Origin: Coraliomargarita sp.
GTDB taxonomy: Bacteria; Verrucomicrobiota; Verrucomicrobiia; Opitutales; Coraliomargaritaceae
Assembly: GCA_965216325.1 (NCBI GenBank)
Contig: OZ244160.1
Span: 1,472,001 to 1,536,000 of the forward strand
Direction of reading: 5' to 3'
Length of the DNA: 64,000 bases
In this document: positions 44,650-53,967 of the stretch, in pieces
Numbering within the stretch: the stretch's first letter is position 1
How the letters are laid out: every line of letters begins with the position of its first letter
Made by a program: the position numbers and the translations under genes
Notes under the pieces: generated by a model
The model's database searches: none
Told to the model about the DNA's origin: nothing
Seen by the model: the letters and a program-made list of their open reading frames with translations, nothing else

Positions 44650-44682
44650 AAAAAAGCGCGGCCCTTGTGCCACGCGCTTTTT
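44650..44682. terminator. Bidirectional terminator-like hairpin upstream of MNT-HEPN module 2
   Basis: aaaaaagcgcggcccttgtgccacgcgcttttt; a similar hairpin lies near 42673-42703. Confidence 0.65.
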
Positions 44683-44850
44683 GATTTCAAATTTCAGCAT
44701 TGGTCCGGTTCGCAAGGCGACCGGTCTTGTGTTCTTTCCTTGCCCAGAGGGCATCCACGTCGTCACCCTTCGCAAGCTCAGGGCAAACCTTCGGTTTACC
44801 ATCTACGTGCTCATCGCACTCCGTCACTGCGCTCGGAACAGCTTTATAGT

Positions 44851-44960
44851 ATTTCAGCTTCTCCGCATTTCACTCTTTCCGCATCTCAGTGTTCAGTCTT
44901 TCAGCATTTCCGCATCTCAGTGTTCAGTCTTTCAGCATTTCCGCGTCTCAGCTTTTCAGA
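44851..44960. repeat. Octamer tandem repeats (TTTCAGCA/TTTCCGCA/TCTCAG) including an exact 31-bp duplication
   Basis: tttccgcatctcagtgttcagtctttcagca occurs twice (44876-44937). Confidence 0.85.
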
Positions 44961-46335
44961 AACTTCCCCCTTCAATCGCACGCAACGCGTGCTCCCACTC
45001 CTTCGCCAAAGCATCCTGCCCCAAATGCGCATGCGCATACTGAAAGGCGTTCTCACGCTTTTCTAAAAGCCTTTCGGCATCCGAACAAAGTTCGCTCACC
45101 ACTCGCGCTAGGCCGTCCACGTCCCCCGGCTCAACCCACCAGCCACAATCCGCAGCTTTCAGAGTATCCACCAAATCCGAATCCTCCGGCGCAATTGCCA
45201 GAATCGCCTGCCCGGCCATCATCGCCGAATAAGTCTTGCTCGGCATCACCACCGTCTCGGAGCCAGGCACCATAGTGACCAAGGCCACATCGGCCTTCTC
45301 CATCGTGCGGATCCAATCCGCCTGATCCAACCCCTCTCCAACCTGTATCCATTCTTTCAGTACACCCGGCAGCTCCGCATGCACCGCCTCAAGCTCAGCC
45401 CGTTTCGGGCCAGAGCAATGAAAAACGTAGCGCGCAGCTTCAGCAAGCGACTCAGACGAACAGGCCTCATCGCTGGATTCATACTCTTGAAACGCTCGCT
45501 GAAGCGTCGCGCTAAGAACCCCGCCCCCCCTAGCCATCTGATTCCAATAGCGGAACAAGGTCTCAGACTCATGCATATTACCGAAATTCCCACAGTAAAG
45601 AATCGTAGGGGCGCGACTTGACGCGCCCGTCCCACCCAGAGTAGCTACGCCGCTGCCAGCAGCACTTTCATACTTTCCCACCTTCACACCTTCACACCCC
45701 AATCGCTCCACCGGGCTCCGCCCGAAAAGCGCCTGGTCCGCCCCCACCGAAATGATCGCCGCATTCGGAACCGCGCCGTGAATCGACTCCACATAGTCCT
45801 GCAAGCGTTGCCCCAGAAACACATTCAGCTTCGCTCGACGCAAGGTCTGCTTCGTGATCCAGCGCACCAGCTTCACTTTGAACGTGCCCTCCTTCCACTT
45901 CCCCGAATGAATCATCGCCTCCGGGAACAAATCATAGACCAAGTGCACCACATTCGGATGCAAGTAAGTCGCAATCAACGGCGCATAGAAGGTGTTGGTG
46001 GACACGACGCACAGGTCGTGTTCAGGAGCCAGAAGACAGGAGTCAGAAGCCAGATTCTTTGAATTCCCAACCGCTTTCCCACCTTCGCAGCCAGCCGCTT
46101 TTCCCCTTTCACCCTTCACTCTTCGCATAACCAGCGCAGCACATAGCTGCGCTGGATATGCGAGGTATTGCCTAAACCTCAACCACAACCGCGCCGGAGT
46201 CGACTTGGCCGCACGATAACTCGCCTCAGAGATTTGAAAACGCTGCCGCGCATCGAAACCGGACTCAGAAAGCTCACGCATAAGACCCGCAAGAAAGCCG
46301 CTATACTCGGTCGAACTCCAAAAATTGACCTTCAT
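44956..46335 (-). CDS. Glycosyltransferase family 4 (WcaI-like) with three repeat-derived in-frame insertions
   Basis: LVYDLFPE, LYCGNFG, VMPSKTYSAMMAG; ATG at 46335. Confidence 0.85.
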   Translation of the reverse strand: MKVNFWSSTEYSGFLAGLMRELSESGFDARQRFQISEASYRAAKSTPARLWLRFRQYLAYPAQLCAALVMRRVKGERGKAAGCEGGKAVGNSKNLASDSCLLAPEHDLCVVSTNTFYAPLIATYLHPNVVHLVYDLFPEAMIHSGKWKEGTFKVKLVRWITKQTLRRAKLNVFLGQRLQDYVESIHGAVPNAAIISVGADQALFGRSPVERLGCEGVKVGKYESAAGSGVATLGGTGASSRAPTILYCGNFGNMHESETLFRYWNQMARGGGVLSATLQRAFQEYESSDEACSSESLAEAARYVFHCSGPKRAELEAVHAELPGVLKEWIQVGEGLDQADWIRTMEKADVALVTMVPGSETVVMPSKTYSAMMAGQAILAIAPEDSDLVDTLKAADCGWWVEPGDVDGLARVVSELCSDAERLLEKRENAFQYAHAHLGQDALAKEWEHALRAIEGGSF

Positions 46336-46590
46336 CTTAGCACCACTCTTCACACTTCACCTCTCCCCTTCGAGCGAAGCTCAAGCGCTCCCAGATAAAA
46401 AACACTCCGTCGACGACCACAATCTAACCTTAATATCATATAGCTTAGCGCCGACGGCGACTGCAGCGCCGCAGAATACTAAGCGCTATAAACACTCCTC
46501 CAATACAGAGTGCCACGAAAGGAGGCTTCGATAGAAACGACAAATCAGCTAAAACAAATTCACACATAGCTCCTGCATAAATAACGTTTA

Positions 46591-47457
46591 TTAGTTATGG
46601 ACACTGTTCGCATCATCAATCGGCTGCTCTAAAATTTTTAACCGAATCTGATAAAAATAAACCGCTTTAAGCATAGCGAAGTGAAAGCCAGTTGCTCCAT
46701 CGCGAAAGCCCTGTTTCAAAAAATACGTAACAATAAAATAAGCTGGAGCGAACCACCACTTGGCCAAATGCGAATACTTTTTCTTCTGACGATCAGTGAG
46801 GTTCGCATACTCCTCACCTTCCCACCTTCCCACCTTGCCACTCTTCATACTCACGAGACGTAAGTATCGTGCTGCCTCCCAGGAAGAATACGCATTATGC
46901 TTCGCAATATAATGCTCCAAACCTCTAAAGTCATTATGCTCTATAGCCGCTTTAATCTCACCAACCGGACCATTCAAGACCGGATGCTCATGCACTTCCA
47001 TATCCAAGTGACTCCAATTGTCCTCTTCAATGCGTTCATACTCACCAGCACCCAGACGAAAGAGTGCGAGCTTCTTGAATGGGTCTCCTCCACGTAATGT
47101 TTTGCCCAAGAAATGATTCTCAAAGTTCAGCCAGAACCCGACAAGCTCGGTGTTACTGATCGCACTCTGCACTTCTTGAATAAACTCATGTGAAACAAAT
47201 TCATCCGCATCCAAAAACAGCACCCACTCAGTCTTGAATTCATAGTTGCGTAGTGTCCAATTGCGTTTCTTAGGGAACTGACCATTCCACTCAAACTCTA
47301 ACACTTCGGCTCCACATTGCTCCGCTATATCTGGAGTTCCATCAGTGCTTCTCGAATCAATCACCAGCACAGGCCCTAAAGAGCTAACCGCATCAATACA
47401 ACGCCTCAGATTCTTCGCCTCGTTCTTAACCGGTATGACTATAGTAACTCCACTCAT
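46591..47457 (-). CDS. Glycosyltransferase family 2 (paralog B)
   Basis: VTIVIPVKNE, WVLFLDADE; highly similar to 40675-41577. Confidence 0.9.
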   Translation of the reverse strand: MSGVTIVIPVKNEAKNLRRCIDAVSSLGPVLVIDSRSTDGTPDIAEQCGAEVLEFEWNGQFPKKRNWTLRNYEFKTEWVLFLDADEFVSHEFIQEVQSAISNTELVGFWLNFENHFLGKTLRGGDPFKKLALFRLGAGEYERIEEDNWSHLDMEVHEHPVLNGPVGEIKAAIEHNDFRGLEHYIAKHNAYSSWEAARYLRLVSMKSGKVGRWEGEEYANLTDRQKKKYSHLAKWWFAPAYFIVTYFLKQGFRDGATGFHFAMLKAVYFYQIRLKILEQPIDDANSVHN

Positions 47458-47506
47458 AAAAGAAGGCTCTCAGATGAGATTTTACAACACAACAAGCATA
47501 TCGATT

Positions 47507-48352
47507 CTATCTTACTTCGTAGCCAAAGAACTTCAACTGTCCCCGAGCAATCTGCTCAAAACATCGACCTTCATCAGCCTCAAGCTCGAGCTTCCATCGC
47601 CCTACAGTCCGTGAAGAGATTGGCTCTTTTAAACGTGAAAAGTTCTCGTTATTAGAGCGCCAGTCTGACGATAACACGCGTGGATCTAGCTGTTGCTCCT
47701 CTTTCTTACTACCAAGAAACTCCATAAGTTCACCTAACTTTAGATGAGGCTCATCTGCCAAGTCCTCGTATCGAAGATCAAAAATTCTTGGATCTTCACC
47801 ACATCGAATTCTGGCGTCGATACAGCCTTTCCAGTATCTGGCAAAACAATGAACACTTTTACGCTGCGGAACATTTACATGCGACTTACTCGAACAATAG
47901 CAGTCTCGACCGTCTCTCACCATATTTATAACTTTGGCATTAGGAAAAATGTTTAAAAGACGATCCAACTTCATGACATGTTGCGGAGTTTTTTCGACGA
48001 ACCTCCCCGTATCGAGCCCCTGATCCTTACGAATCAACTCAGCCGCCTGCGAAAAGTAAGCACCTGGACCAGTAGAATTGTCTACAAGCTTTTGCCAATC
48101 TCCATCCTTTAAATTAAAATGATTAAAATTACAAAAATTAGACAAACCAAAAAATCCAGTCTCACGGTCAATTGAGTAGTAAGCGCTATGGCAAGACAAT
48201 ATACGATGCATCAACGTGGTTCCTGATCTTGGTGCGCCAACAACAAAAAAAACTTCTAAATCCGTTGAATCGGGGCTCAACCTCCATATAATATTCTTAA
48301 AAACATTCGTTCGGTTAGAGTAGGATTTCACTATATTATACAATGCTCTCAT
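47507..48352 (-). CDS. Sulfotransferase family protein
   Basis: PAPS-binding VGAPRSGTT, EKTP, MVRDGRD, LRYEDL. Confidence 0.88.
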   Translation of the reverse strand: MRALYNIVKSYSNRTNVFKNIIWRLSPDSTDLEVFFVVGAPRSGTTLMHRILSCHSAYYSIDRETGFFGLSNFCNFNHFNLKDGDWQKLVDNSTGPGAYFSQAAELIRKDQGLDTGRFVEKTPQHVMKLDRLLNIFPNAKVINMVRDGRDCYCSSKSHVNVPQRKSVHCFARYWKGCIDARIRCGEDPRIFDLRYEDLADEPHLKLGELMEFLGSKKEEQQLDPRVLSSDWRSNNENFSRLKEPISSRTVGRWKLELEADEGRCFEQIARGQLKFFGYEVR

Positions 48353-48885
48353 AAGTCACTCAACGATTCATCTCTATATTTTATAAACTTCGCTGGATTC
48401 CCACCAACAATTTGCGCCCTCTTAACATCCTTCACCACAACTGAAGCAGCCGCAACAATGGATCGATCCTCAATAGTAGTATTGGGCCCTACAAATACAT
48501 CTGCACAGATCCAAACGCGATTGCCAATTATTATTGGCAATTTAAGGAGAGGCATCGCCGGATCCCTGTAATCATGTGAACCTGCACACAAATGCACGCG
48601 CTGAGACACAGTAGTTTTCTCCCCAATCACTATTTTCCCCAGATTGTAAACAAGTGCCCACTCTCCAATCGCAGCGTGATCTCCAACTTCTAGATTCCAA
48701 GGATAATATATGTTTGTCGTCGGATAGATGTTCACCTTCTTGCCAACCTTGGCCCCATACAGCCTCAAGATACAGGATCGCAGCTCAAAACACGGACGAG
48801 GAGTCAGACGAAAAACCATTTTACCAACGCTCCAGAGTATGCGCAGCAATACTTCCTTGAGTGAATAATTCTGCAAAACCCTCAT
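48349..48885 (-). CDS. WcaF-like O-acetyltransferase
   Basis: YYPWNLEVGD, SQRVHLCAGSHDY, VGGNPAK hexapeptide repeats; TGATG overlap with upstream gene. Confidence 0.85.
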   Translation of the reverse strand: MRVLQNYSLKEVLLRILWSVGKMVFRLTPRPCFELRSCILRLYGAKVGKKVNIYPTTNIYYPWNLEVGDHAAIGEWALVYNLGKIVIGEKTTVSQRVHLCAGSHDYRDPAMPLLKLPIIIGNRVWICADVFVGPNTTIEDRSIVAAASVVVKDVKRAQIVGGNPAKFIKYRDESLSDL

Positions 48886-50060
48886 CAGACAACAAAATCT
48901 GGTTTTGGACCTCCATGGAGAATCCAACTGTAGAATATGGACATCTGAGATGCGATCGCTGGCCACTGATATTTCTGCTCTACCAAGGCGCGACCTCTCG
49001 CACCCATAGCTGAGAGGTCTTCGTTCTTTGCTCCTATTGCTTGGTTGAGGCCAGCTTCAATCCCCTCTGGCGTGGGTTCGACCCACCACCCGCAGCCATG
49101 CGTGCTTAGCTCCTGCCATGGACAACCCGTAGTCGTCAGCACGGGCACGCCATAGCCAAGCGCTTCAGCCACCACGATCCCGAAGTTCTCTGAATAGGAT
49201 GGCAACACAAAGAGATCCGCAGCCCGATAAGCAGCTTCCTTAGTCGCACCATACAAAGGCCCAATAATTTCCACCTGATCCTGCAAACCGAGCTCTCGTA
49301 TTTTCTGCTCCACTACAGGCAGATGATTAGAATCATCATTTCCCGCAATAACCAGTCGCCAGCCCTCCGGCGCAATTCGTCCCCAAGCATCCAGCAGCAT
49401 CGGCAGGCCTTTCTTCGGATTAAGACGAGAGAGAAAAAACGCGGTCTTCTCACGACCTTCACACCTTTGAACCTTTGAACCTTCACACACAACTGACTCC
49501 GGTAGTTGCACACCATTAGGGATCACAGCGATCGGCTGCTTAAAGCCCAAGCGACGTATACTTTCAGCTTCTGACATTGCAGTCGCATGAAAGGCGGTCG
49601 CTCGCGCAAGATCACGTTTTTGATAGAGCGCCCAAGCAAGCTTCTTTTTCCACTTACCATGATTAAGTGCCCATGGCTCGAGCATTCCACGGGGAGCGAC
49701 GATAAGCGGGACACCGGCTCGCGTCGTCGCGACGGCGGTGTCGTGAGATGCTCTTAGCCATATCGCATGTTGATGAATCAAACATTCAGAACAGGTAGAC
49801 ACTAAGTGGCTAACTGTTGCATCAAAATCAGGAACTAATTTACAACACGAGGCCAACGCACGTGTTTTTTTGCAATCCACAAGGTCTATTTTTGAACTCA
49901 GAGGCACCAAAGGGTCATTGCAGTCTACCGCAGTAACAATCGATACATGATGATCTGTCTCAGCCAAAGCCGCACATAATTGACTCACCGAACGAGGCGG
50001 TCCCCCGCCACTCTCACCGAGAGAAGGAACTGAATGAATTACCTCAGAAATACCACTCAC
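48885..50060 (-). CDS. Glycosyltransferase family 4
   Basis: GGPPRSV, PRGMLEPW, LSRLNPKKG, SYSENFGIVVAEAL. Confidence 0.9.
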   Translation of the reverse strand: MSGISEVIHSVPSLGESGGGPPRSVSQLCAALAETDHHVSIVTAVDCNDPLVPLSSKIDLVDCKKTRALASCCKLVPDFDATVSHLVSTCSECLIHQHAIWLRASHDTAVATTRAGVPLIVAPRGMLEPWALNHGKWKKKLAWALYQKRDLARATAFHATAMSEAESIRRLGFKQPIAVIPNGVQLPESVVCEGSKVQRCEGREKTAFFLSRLNPKKGLPMLLDAWGRIAPEGWRLVIAGNDDSNHLPVVEQKIRELGLQDQVEIIGPLYGATKEAAYRAADLFVLPSYSENFGIVVAEALGYGVPVLTTTGCPWQELSTHGCGWWVEPTPEGIEAGLNQAIGAKNEDLSAMGARGRALVEQKYQWPAIASQMSIFYSWILHGGPKPDFVV

Positions 50061-51268
50061 AGTCTCCCTCCAGTATGATCAATGATCCATCTACGTTTAC
50101 CCGCAGATGAAATTTCGACGTCATCTGCATATCGAATGTTCAACTGGTTGAAATTCGTATTTAAAGAACAAAGCTTAGACTGAATTTCTTGCTCTAGTGT
50201 CTCCTGCTTCGCATTGGGGTGAGTAACCAGAACTAATTCCATACGGTCATCCCACTTGTGGAATTGGAAATTCAAGACTGAATCCAAACCTTTTACTGCA
50301 TGAGTTAGGGTCTCACTATGGACAGCCGTCCCATCCATAAAAGTGATAATATCATTACTGCGTCCATAAACCTCATCAAAACGAGTAATGACGCCTCCCT
50401 GAAAATCCGGGTCACTAATTCGAACCTCATCCCCAATATCGTAGCGTATAAGAGGGACCACGCGATCATACAAAGATGTGACTAACAATCTGTAGATGCT
50501 TGGGCGATCCGTCGGAATTGCCTCCACTAACAAATCATCCATAACATACATGCCCGTCTCTTGAGGATGCGTATACGCAATCGGTCCAAATTCCACCGAT
50601 CCATACTCCAAAGCAATGGGAGCGCCAAAAAAGGCCTCCAACTCTGCCGCCTCTTCATCGTTCAATCTCTCCGCAGAACACAGAACCATTTTCAAGCCAG
50701 TGCGTTGGGCTTGCTTCTGATTCTCAGAATTTGCACGAGCAAACGCAACAACTGCCGATGAATAACCACACAGCCATTTAGGTTTAAATCGAACAAAATC
50801 AGCAAATTTAGACTGCAACACACTGACTCCCAAGTCATACGCACTCAGGCGATAATAACCAACTAGCCAATCCTTCAACAAGCGCTTCCACCTCTCTAAT
50901 AGTGGGCGAAGCCCCTTTCCAATCGCATTCGAGTGACCCCAGATCAAAAAGCAACGGTCTCGATAATGGACCCCATATTTAAGTCGACCTTCAGCTTGCT
51001 TTGCTCGCGTTCGCGCAGCCCCTTCTGCCCCCACCGGAAGACGTAATGGAGTCCCAGTCGAACCTCCGGTTGAAACAACACTAACCGCCGTCATGTCTGA
51101 TCGCATCAACGAATCAATCGATCCAATAACGTCTACTTTCCGCAGTTCTGGGAGCTCACAAAAGTCTATATATGAAAGAAACTCACGCCGTTCTTGAAGC
51201 GGGCCCCAAAACGTCGTATTCCTCCGAACGTTTTTCCATACTGCGTTAAACTGCTCTAGCTGTCGCAT
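50057..51268 (-). CDS. Phenylacetate-CoA ligase/CapK-like adenylate-forming enzyme
   Basis: STGGSTGTP, EYGSVE, PLIRYDIGD, GRSND, SSAGKRR. Start uncertain (51268-51298). Confidence 0.8.
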   Translation of the reverse strand: MRQLEQFNAVWKNVRRNTTFWGPLQERREFLSYIDFCELPELRKVDVIGSIDSLMRSDMTAVSVVSTGGSTGTPLRLPVGAEGAARTRAKQAEGRLKYGVHYRDRCFLIWGHSNAIGKGLRPLLERWKRLLKDWLVGYYRLSAYDLGVSVLQSKFADFVRFKPKWLCGYSSAVVAFARANSENQKQAQRTGLKMVLCSAERLNDEEAAELEAFFGAPIALEYGSVEFGPIAYTHPQETGMYVMDDLLVEAIPTDRPSIYRLLVTSLYDRVVPLIRYDIGDEVRISDPDFQGGVITRFDEVYGRSNDIITFMDGTAVHSETLTHAVKGLDSVLNFQFHKWDDRMELVLVTHPNAKQETLEQEIQSKLCSLNTNFNQLNIRYADDVEISSAGKRRWIIDHTGGRL

Positions 51269-51290
51269 GCCAATTAGATACTTCCCAACT

Positions 51291-52112
51291 TCACTCAATG
51301 ACTGTCCCTCTGAACCTGAGAGTATCCCAAAAAGAGCGGAGATAAGAGAGATTAACCAGCCTGAAGCCACGGACCATCCAACGGCCCAACTTCGCCGCCC
51401 TCGGGTTAACTTTAGGGTAATATGACTGGGACATTTGTTTAACTTCTTGAGTCATTCTAGCTGGATACTCACCAGTCAACAGCACATTTGCAGTTTTTGC
51501 ATCCGAATGCAGGCGCAAGCCCCAGAAGTAAACAGGCATCCTTTCATAACGGTAACCTGCAGAAACAATTCGCCACCAATATTCAGTGTCCATGCAATAA
51601 TGAAAATCTTCTGCAAAATCTCCAACCTTCTGATACAAGGACTTCGAAAAAAAAGTGCTAGGACCAAATACATTTAGAAGTCCTCTCTTCACGGCAAAGG
51701 ACTCAAAACCACCTGATCGACAACATTTAGTGACTTCACCGACACTGTTGAGATAAACCGAATTTGCGGTCACCCAATCGACTTCCGCCTCTGATAGATA
51801 AGACAATGCCTTCATCATCGAACCACGAACAAGCACATCATCAGAGTTCAGCCATGTCAGATATTGCCCCTTTGCAAGCCGAAAGCCCTTGTTAAAGGCA
51901 TCACTTTGCCCTCGGTCAGGCTCTGACAAGATTTTTCTGAAAAGATGCTTATGGCGTTCCACGACCTGCATCGTTTTATCTGAACTCGCACCATCTACCA
52001 AGATAAACTCTACTCCATCGCAGGCTTCGTGCTCAATGGACTTCAAGCAAGACTCAATATATTTTTCACTATTATAGGAAGCGATAACAACAGTTAGAAT
52101 TACACGACTCAT
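51291..52112 (-). CDS. Glycosyltransferase family 2 (WcaE-like)
   Basis: [27 protein letters not shown]. Confidence 0.9.
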   Translation of the reverse strand: MSRVILTVVIASYNSEKYIESCLKSIEHEACDGVEFILVDGASSDKTMQVVERHKHLFRKILSEPDRGQSDAFNKGFRLAKGQYLTWLNSDDVLVRGSMMKALSYLSEAEVDWVTANSVYLNSVGEVTKCCRSGGFESFAVKRGLLNVFGPSTFFSKSLYQKVGDFAEDFHYCMDTEYWWRIVSAGYRYERMPVYFWGLRLHSDAKTANVLLTGEYPARMTQEVKQMSQSYYPKVNPRAAKLGRWMVRGFRLVNLSYLRSFWDTLRFRGTVIE

Positions 52113-52717
52113 TTGGCTGTCCTATACTTAATAATTTTTGCTGTATTGCCACCAACAATGGCCCACTCCGGAACATCCCGAGTCACGACACTTCCTGCAG
52201 CAATGATCGAGTGCGACCCAATCGTAACACCAGGCATAATCATAGCTCGCATTCCAATCCAAACATCATCTCCAATAGTAATTGGCCTACTCACCGAAGC
52301 TCCTTGAATCCGCATAGGACGATTCGTATCGGAATACTCATGATTATATGAAATCAGGACCACATCAGGACCAAGCATTAAGTCATTGCCGACATGAACA
52401 TCACCAATGACCTTGAGTCCTTGAGCCAAGCCACAATTGTCGCCAAGCGAAATACGTGCTCCCGATGCAATGTCGGCTTTTCTCGCGACTCGCAATCCGC
52501 CACCAACTTGCTTTAACATCTTACGCGCAAGAAAAACGCGGAGACCTTGGGCGAACGTCCCTCCAGGGAAACTCGTAGACGGGAGATGCGTGGCAAAGGC
52601 ATAATAAATAAAAACATACAACGATTTCAACAGCCCGAACTTCGACAAGCGCGCACGCAAACGTCGCTCAGGATCATTTAATTGTTGAAACTGCTTTTTA
52701 GAATCCCCTGAGCTCAT
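52109..52717 (-). CDS. Hexapeptide-repeat O-acetyltransferase
   Basis: [27 protein letters not shown] overlap with upstream gene. Confidence 0.85.
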   Translation of the reverse strand: MSSGDSKKQFQQLNDPERRLRARLSKFGLLKSLYVFIYYAFATHLPSTSFPGGTFAQGLRVFLARKMLKQVGGGLRVARKADIASGARISLGDNCGLAQGLKVIGDVHVGNDLMLGPDVVLISYNHEYSDTNRPMRIQGASVSRPITIGDDVWIGMRAMIMPGVTIGSHSIIAAGSVVTRDVPEWAIVGGNTAKIIKYRTAK

Positions 52718-53961
52718 CGACCTAATACCTCTTCGTATACGGCTTTTAAACGATCTCCATAGCTCGACCAAGTGTAATTCTGCGCCAACAGCGCAGAACC
52801 AGCACGACCAAGCCTCTCTCGCAAATCTGATCGCTCGGATAATGCCTCTATTTGGTCAGCAAGGTCTTGAGGCGCATTGGGCTCGACGGCTTGATAATGA
52901 ACGCCCGCTTCACCAGGCAAACCACAAGCCTTAGTTGTAATTACCGGCAAGCCCGCGCCCAACGCCTCCATCGCAGACTGAGCACAACCCTCAGAAAGCG
53001 TCGGAAATACATATAAATCCGCCTGCTGTATCAAGCTCTTAAGTTCTTCACGAGGCAGAAAACCTACAAGGTTGATGTCTCCAGCTGTGAGCGCTTCTGG
53101 AAAATACTTCAACCCTTCACTGGCATCCCCCGCAACCGTCAAACGGAACTTCACACCACGCTCCCTCAACACACTCAAGGCCTCAAGTAAGCTACGCACT
53201 CCCTTTCTTAGCACCAGCCCCCCTGTATACAACAGCTCAACCGTAGTCCCATTGACAGCCTCCCAGGACTGTTTCGCTCCATAAAAATAATCCGGAATAC
53301 CCAAGTGCTCCACACAAATACGGTCCGCCGGATAGCCCTCATCGACAAAGGTTTGTTTAACAAAGTTAGAATTTACCAACAGCAAATCAGCAGCTTCACA
53401 GTCCTTCAGAACCAACTGCCAAAATGGATTTCGGTCGCTTAATGAATTAGCTGCCCCAACCCGTTCATACTCACTTCCGATTGCACGCTCCATATAGCTC
53501 GGATGTGCAATACTGTGATCGACGACGATCTTCATACCAGCTGCTCGGGCTGCTTGTATTGCTCCACCTTGGCCGGCACCACTCCTCACATGAAACACAT
53601 CTGCCTGCTTTAAATATGGGCGTGAGCAGAAACCAAAGAACTTCCAGCCTAAAACTTGCGCACTCTCACGCCGAAGCAGACCTGTCGTTGAGATTCGCAC
53701 CAGCACACCGGCAACCATTTCCGCAATCGGTAAGCTGTAAAAATCGCTGTTCTCCAACTGCCCCCCCATCAGCCGCCGCTCTAAACGAGTGTATAAATCC
53801 TTACGTCCGGCAAGTCGACCGACGCAATTCACCAGAAATTCGAAGCGCGCGGCAGGAATCCATCCACATAACATGCGGCGCCCGACCCCACGCTGTTTCA
53901 AGGCAAGATTCACCTCACAAAAGTGCAAGCGCCCAATTCCAACTGAAAGCAATACCTTCAT
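52714..53961 (-). CDS. Glycosyltransferase family 4
   Basis: [30 protein letters not shown]. Confidence 0.88.
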   Translation of the reverse strand: MKVLLSVGIGRLHFCEVNLALKQRGVGRRMLCGWIPAARFEFLVNCVGRLAGRKDLYTRLERRLMGGQLENSDFYSLPIAEMVAGVLVRISTTGLLRRESAQVLGWKFFGFCSRPYLKQADVFHVRSGAGQGGAIQAARAAGMKIVVDHSIAHPSYMERAIGSEYERVGAANSLSDRNPFWQLVLKDCEAADLLLVNSNFVKQTFVDEGYPADRICVEHLGIPDYFYGAKQSWEAVNGTTVELLYTGGLVLRKGVRSLLEALSVLRERGVKFRLTVAGDASEGLKYFPEALTAGDINLVGFLPREELKSLIQQADLYVFPTLSEGCAQSAMEALGAGLPVITTKACGLPGEAGVHYQAVEPNAPQDLADQIEALSERSDLRERLGRAGSALLAQNYTWSSYGDRLKAVYEEVLGR

Positions 53962-53967
53962 CTCCGT

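Noticed and set aside
41711..44682. TA array as a classical integron cassette array
   Set aside because: No integron integrase and no convincing RYYYAAC...GTTRRRY attC sites seen by eye; a covariance-model search would be needed to exclude it fully.
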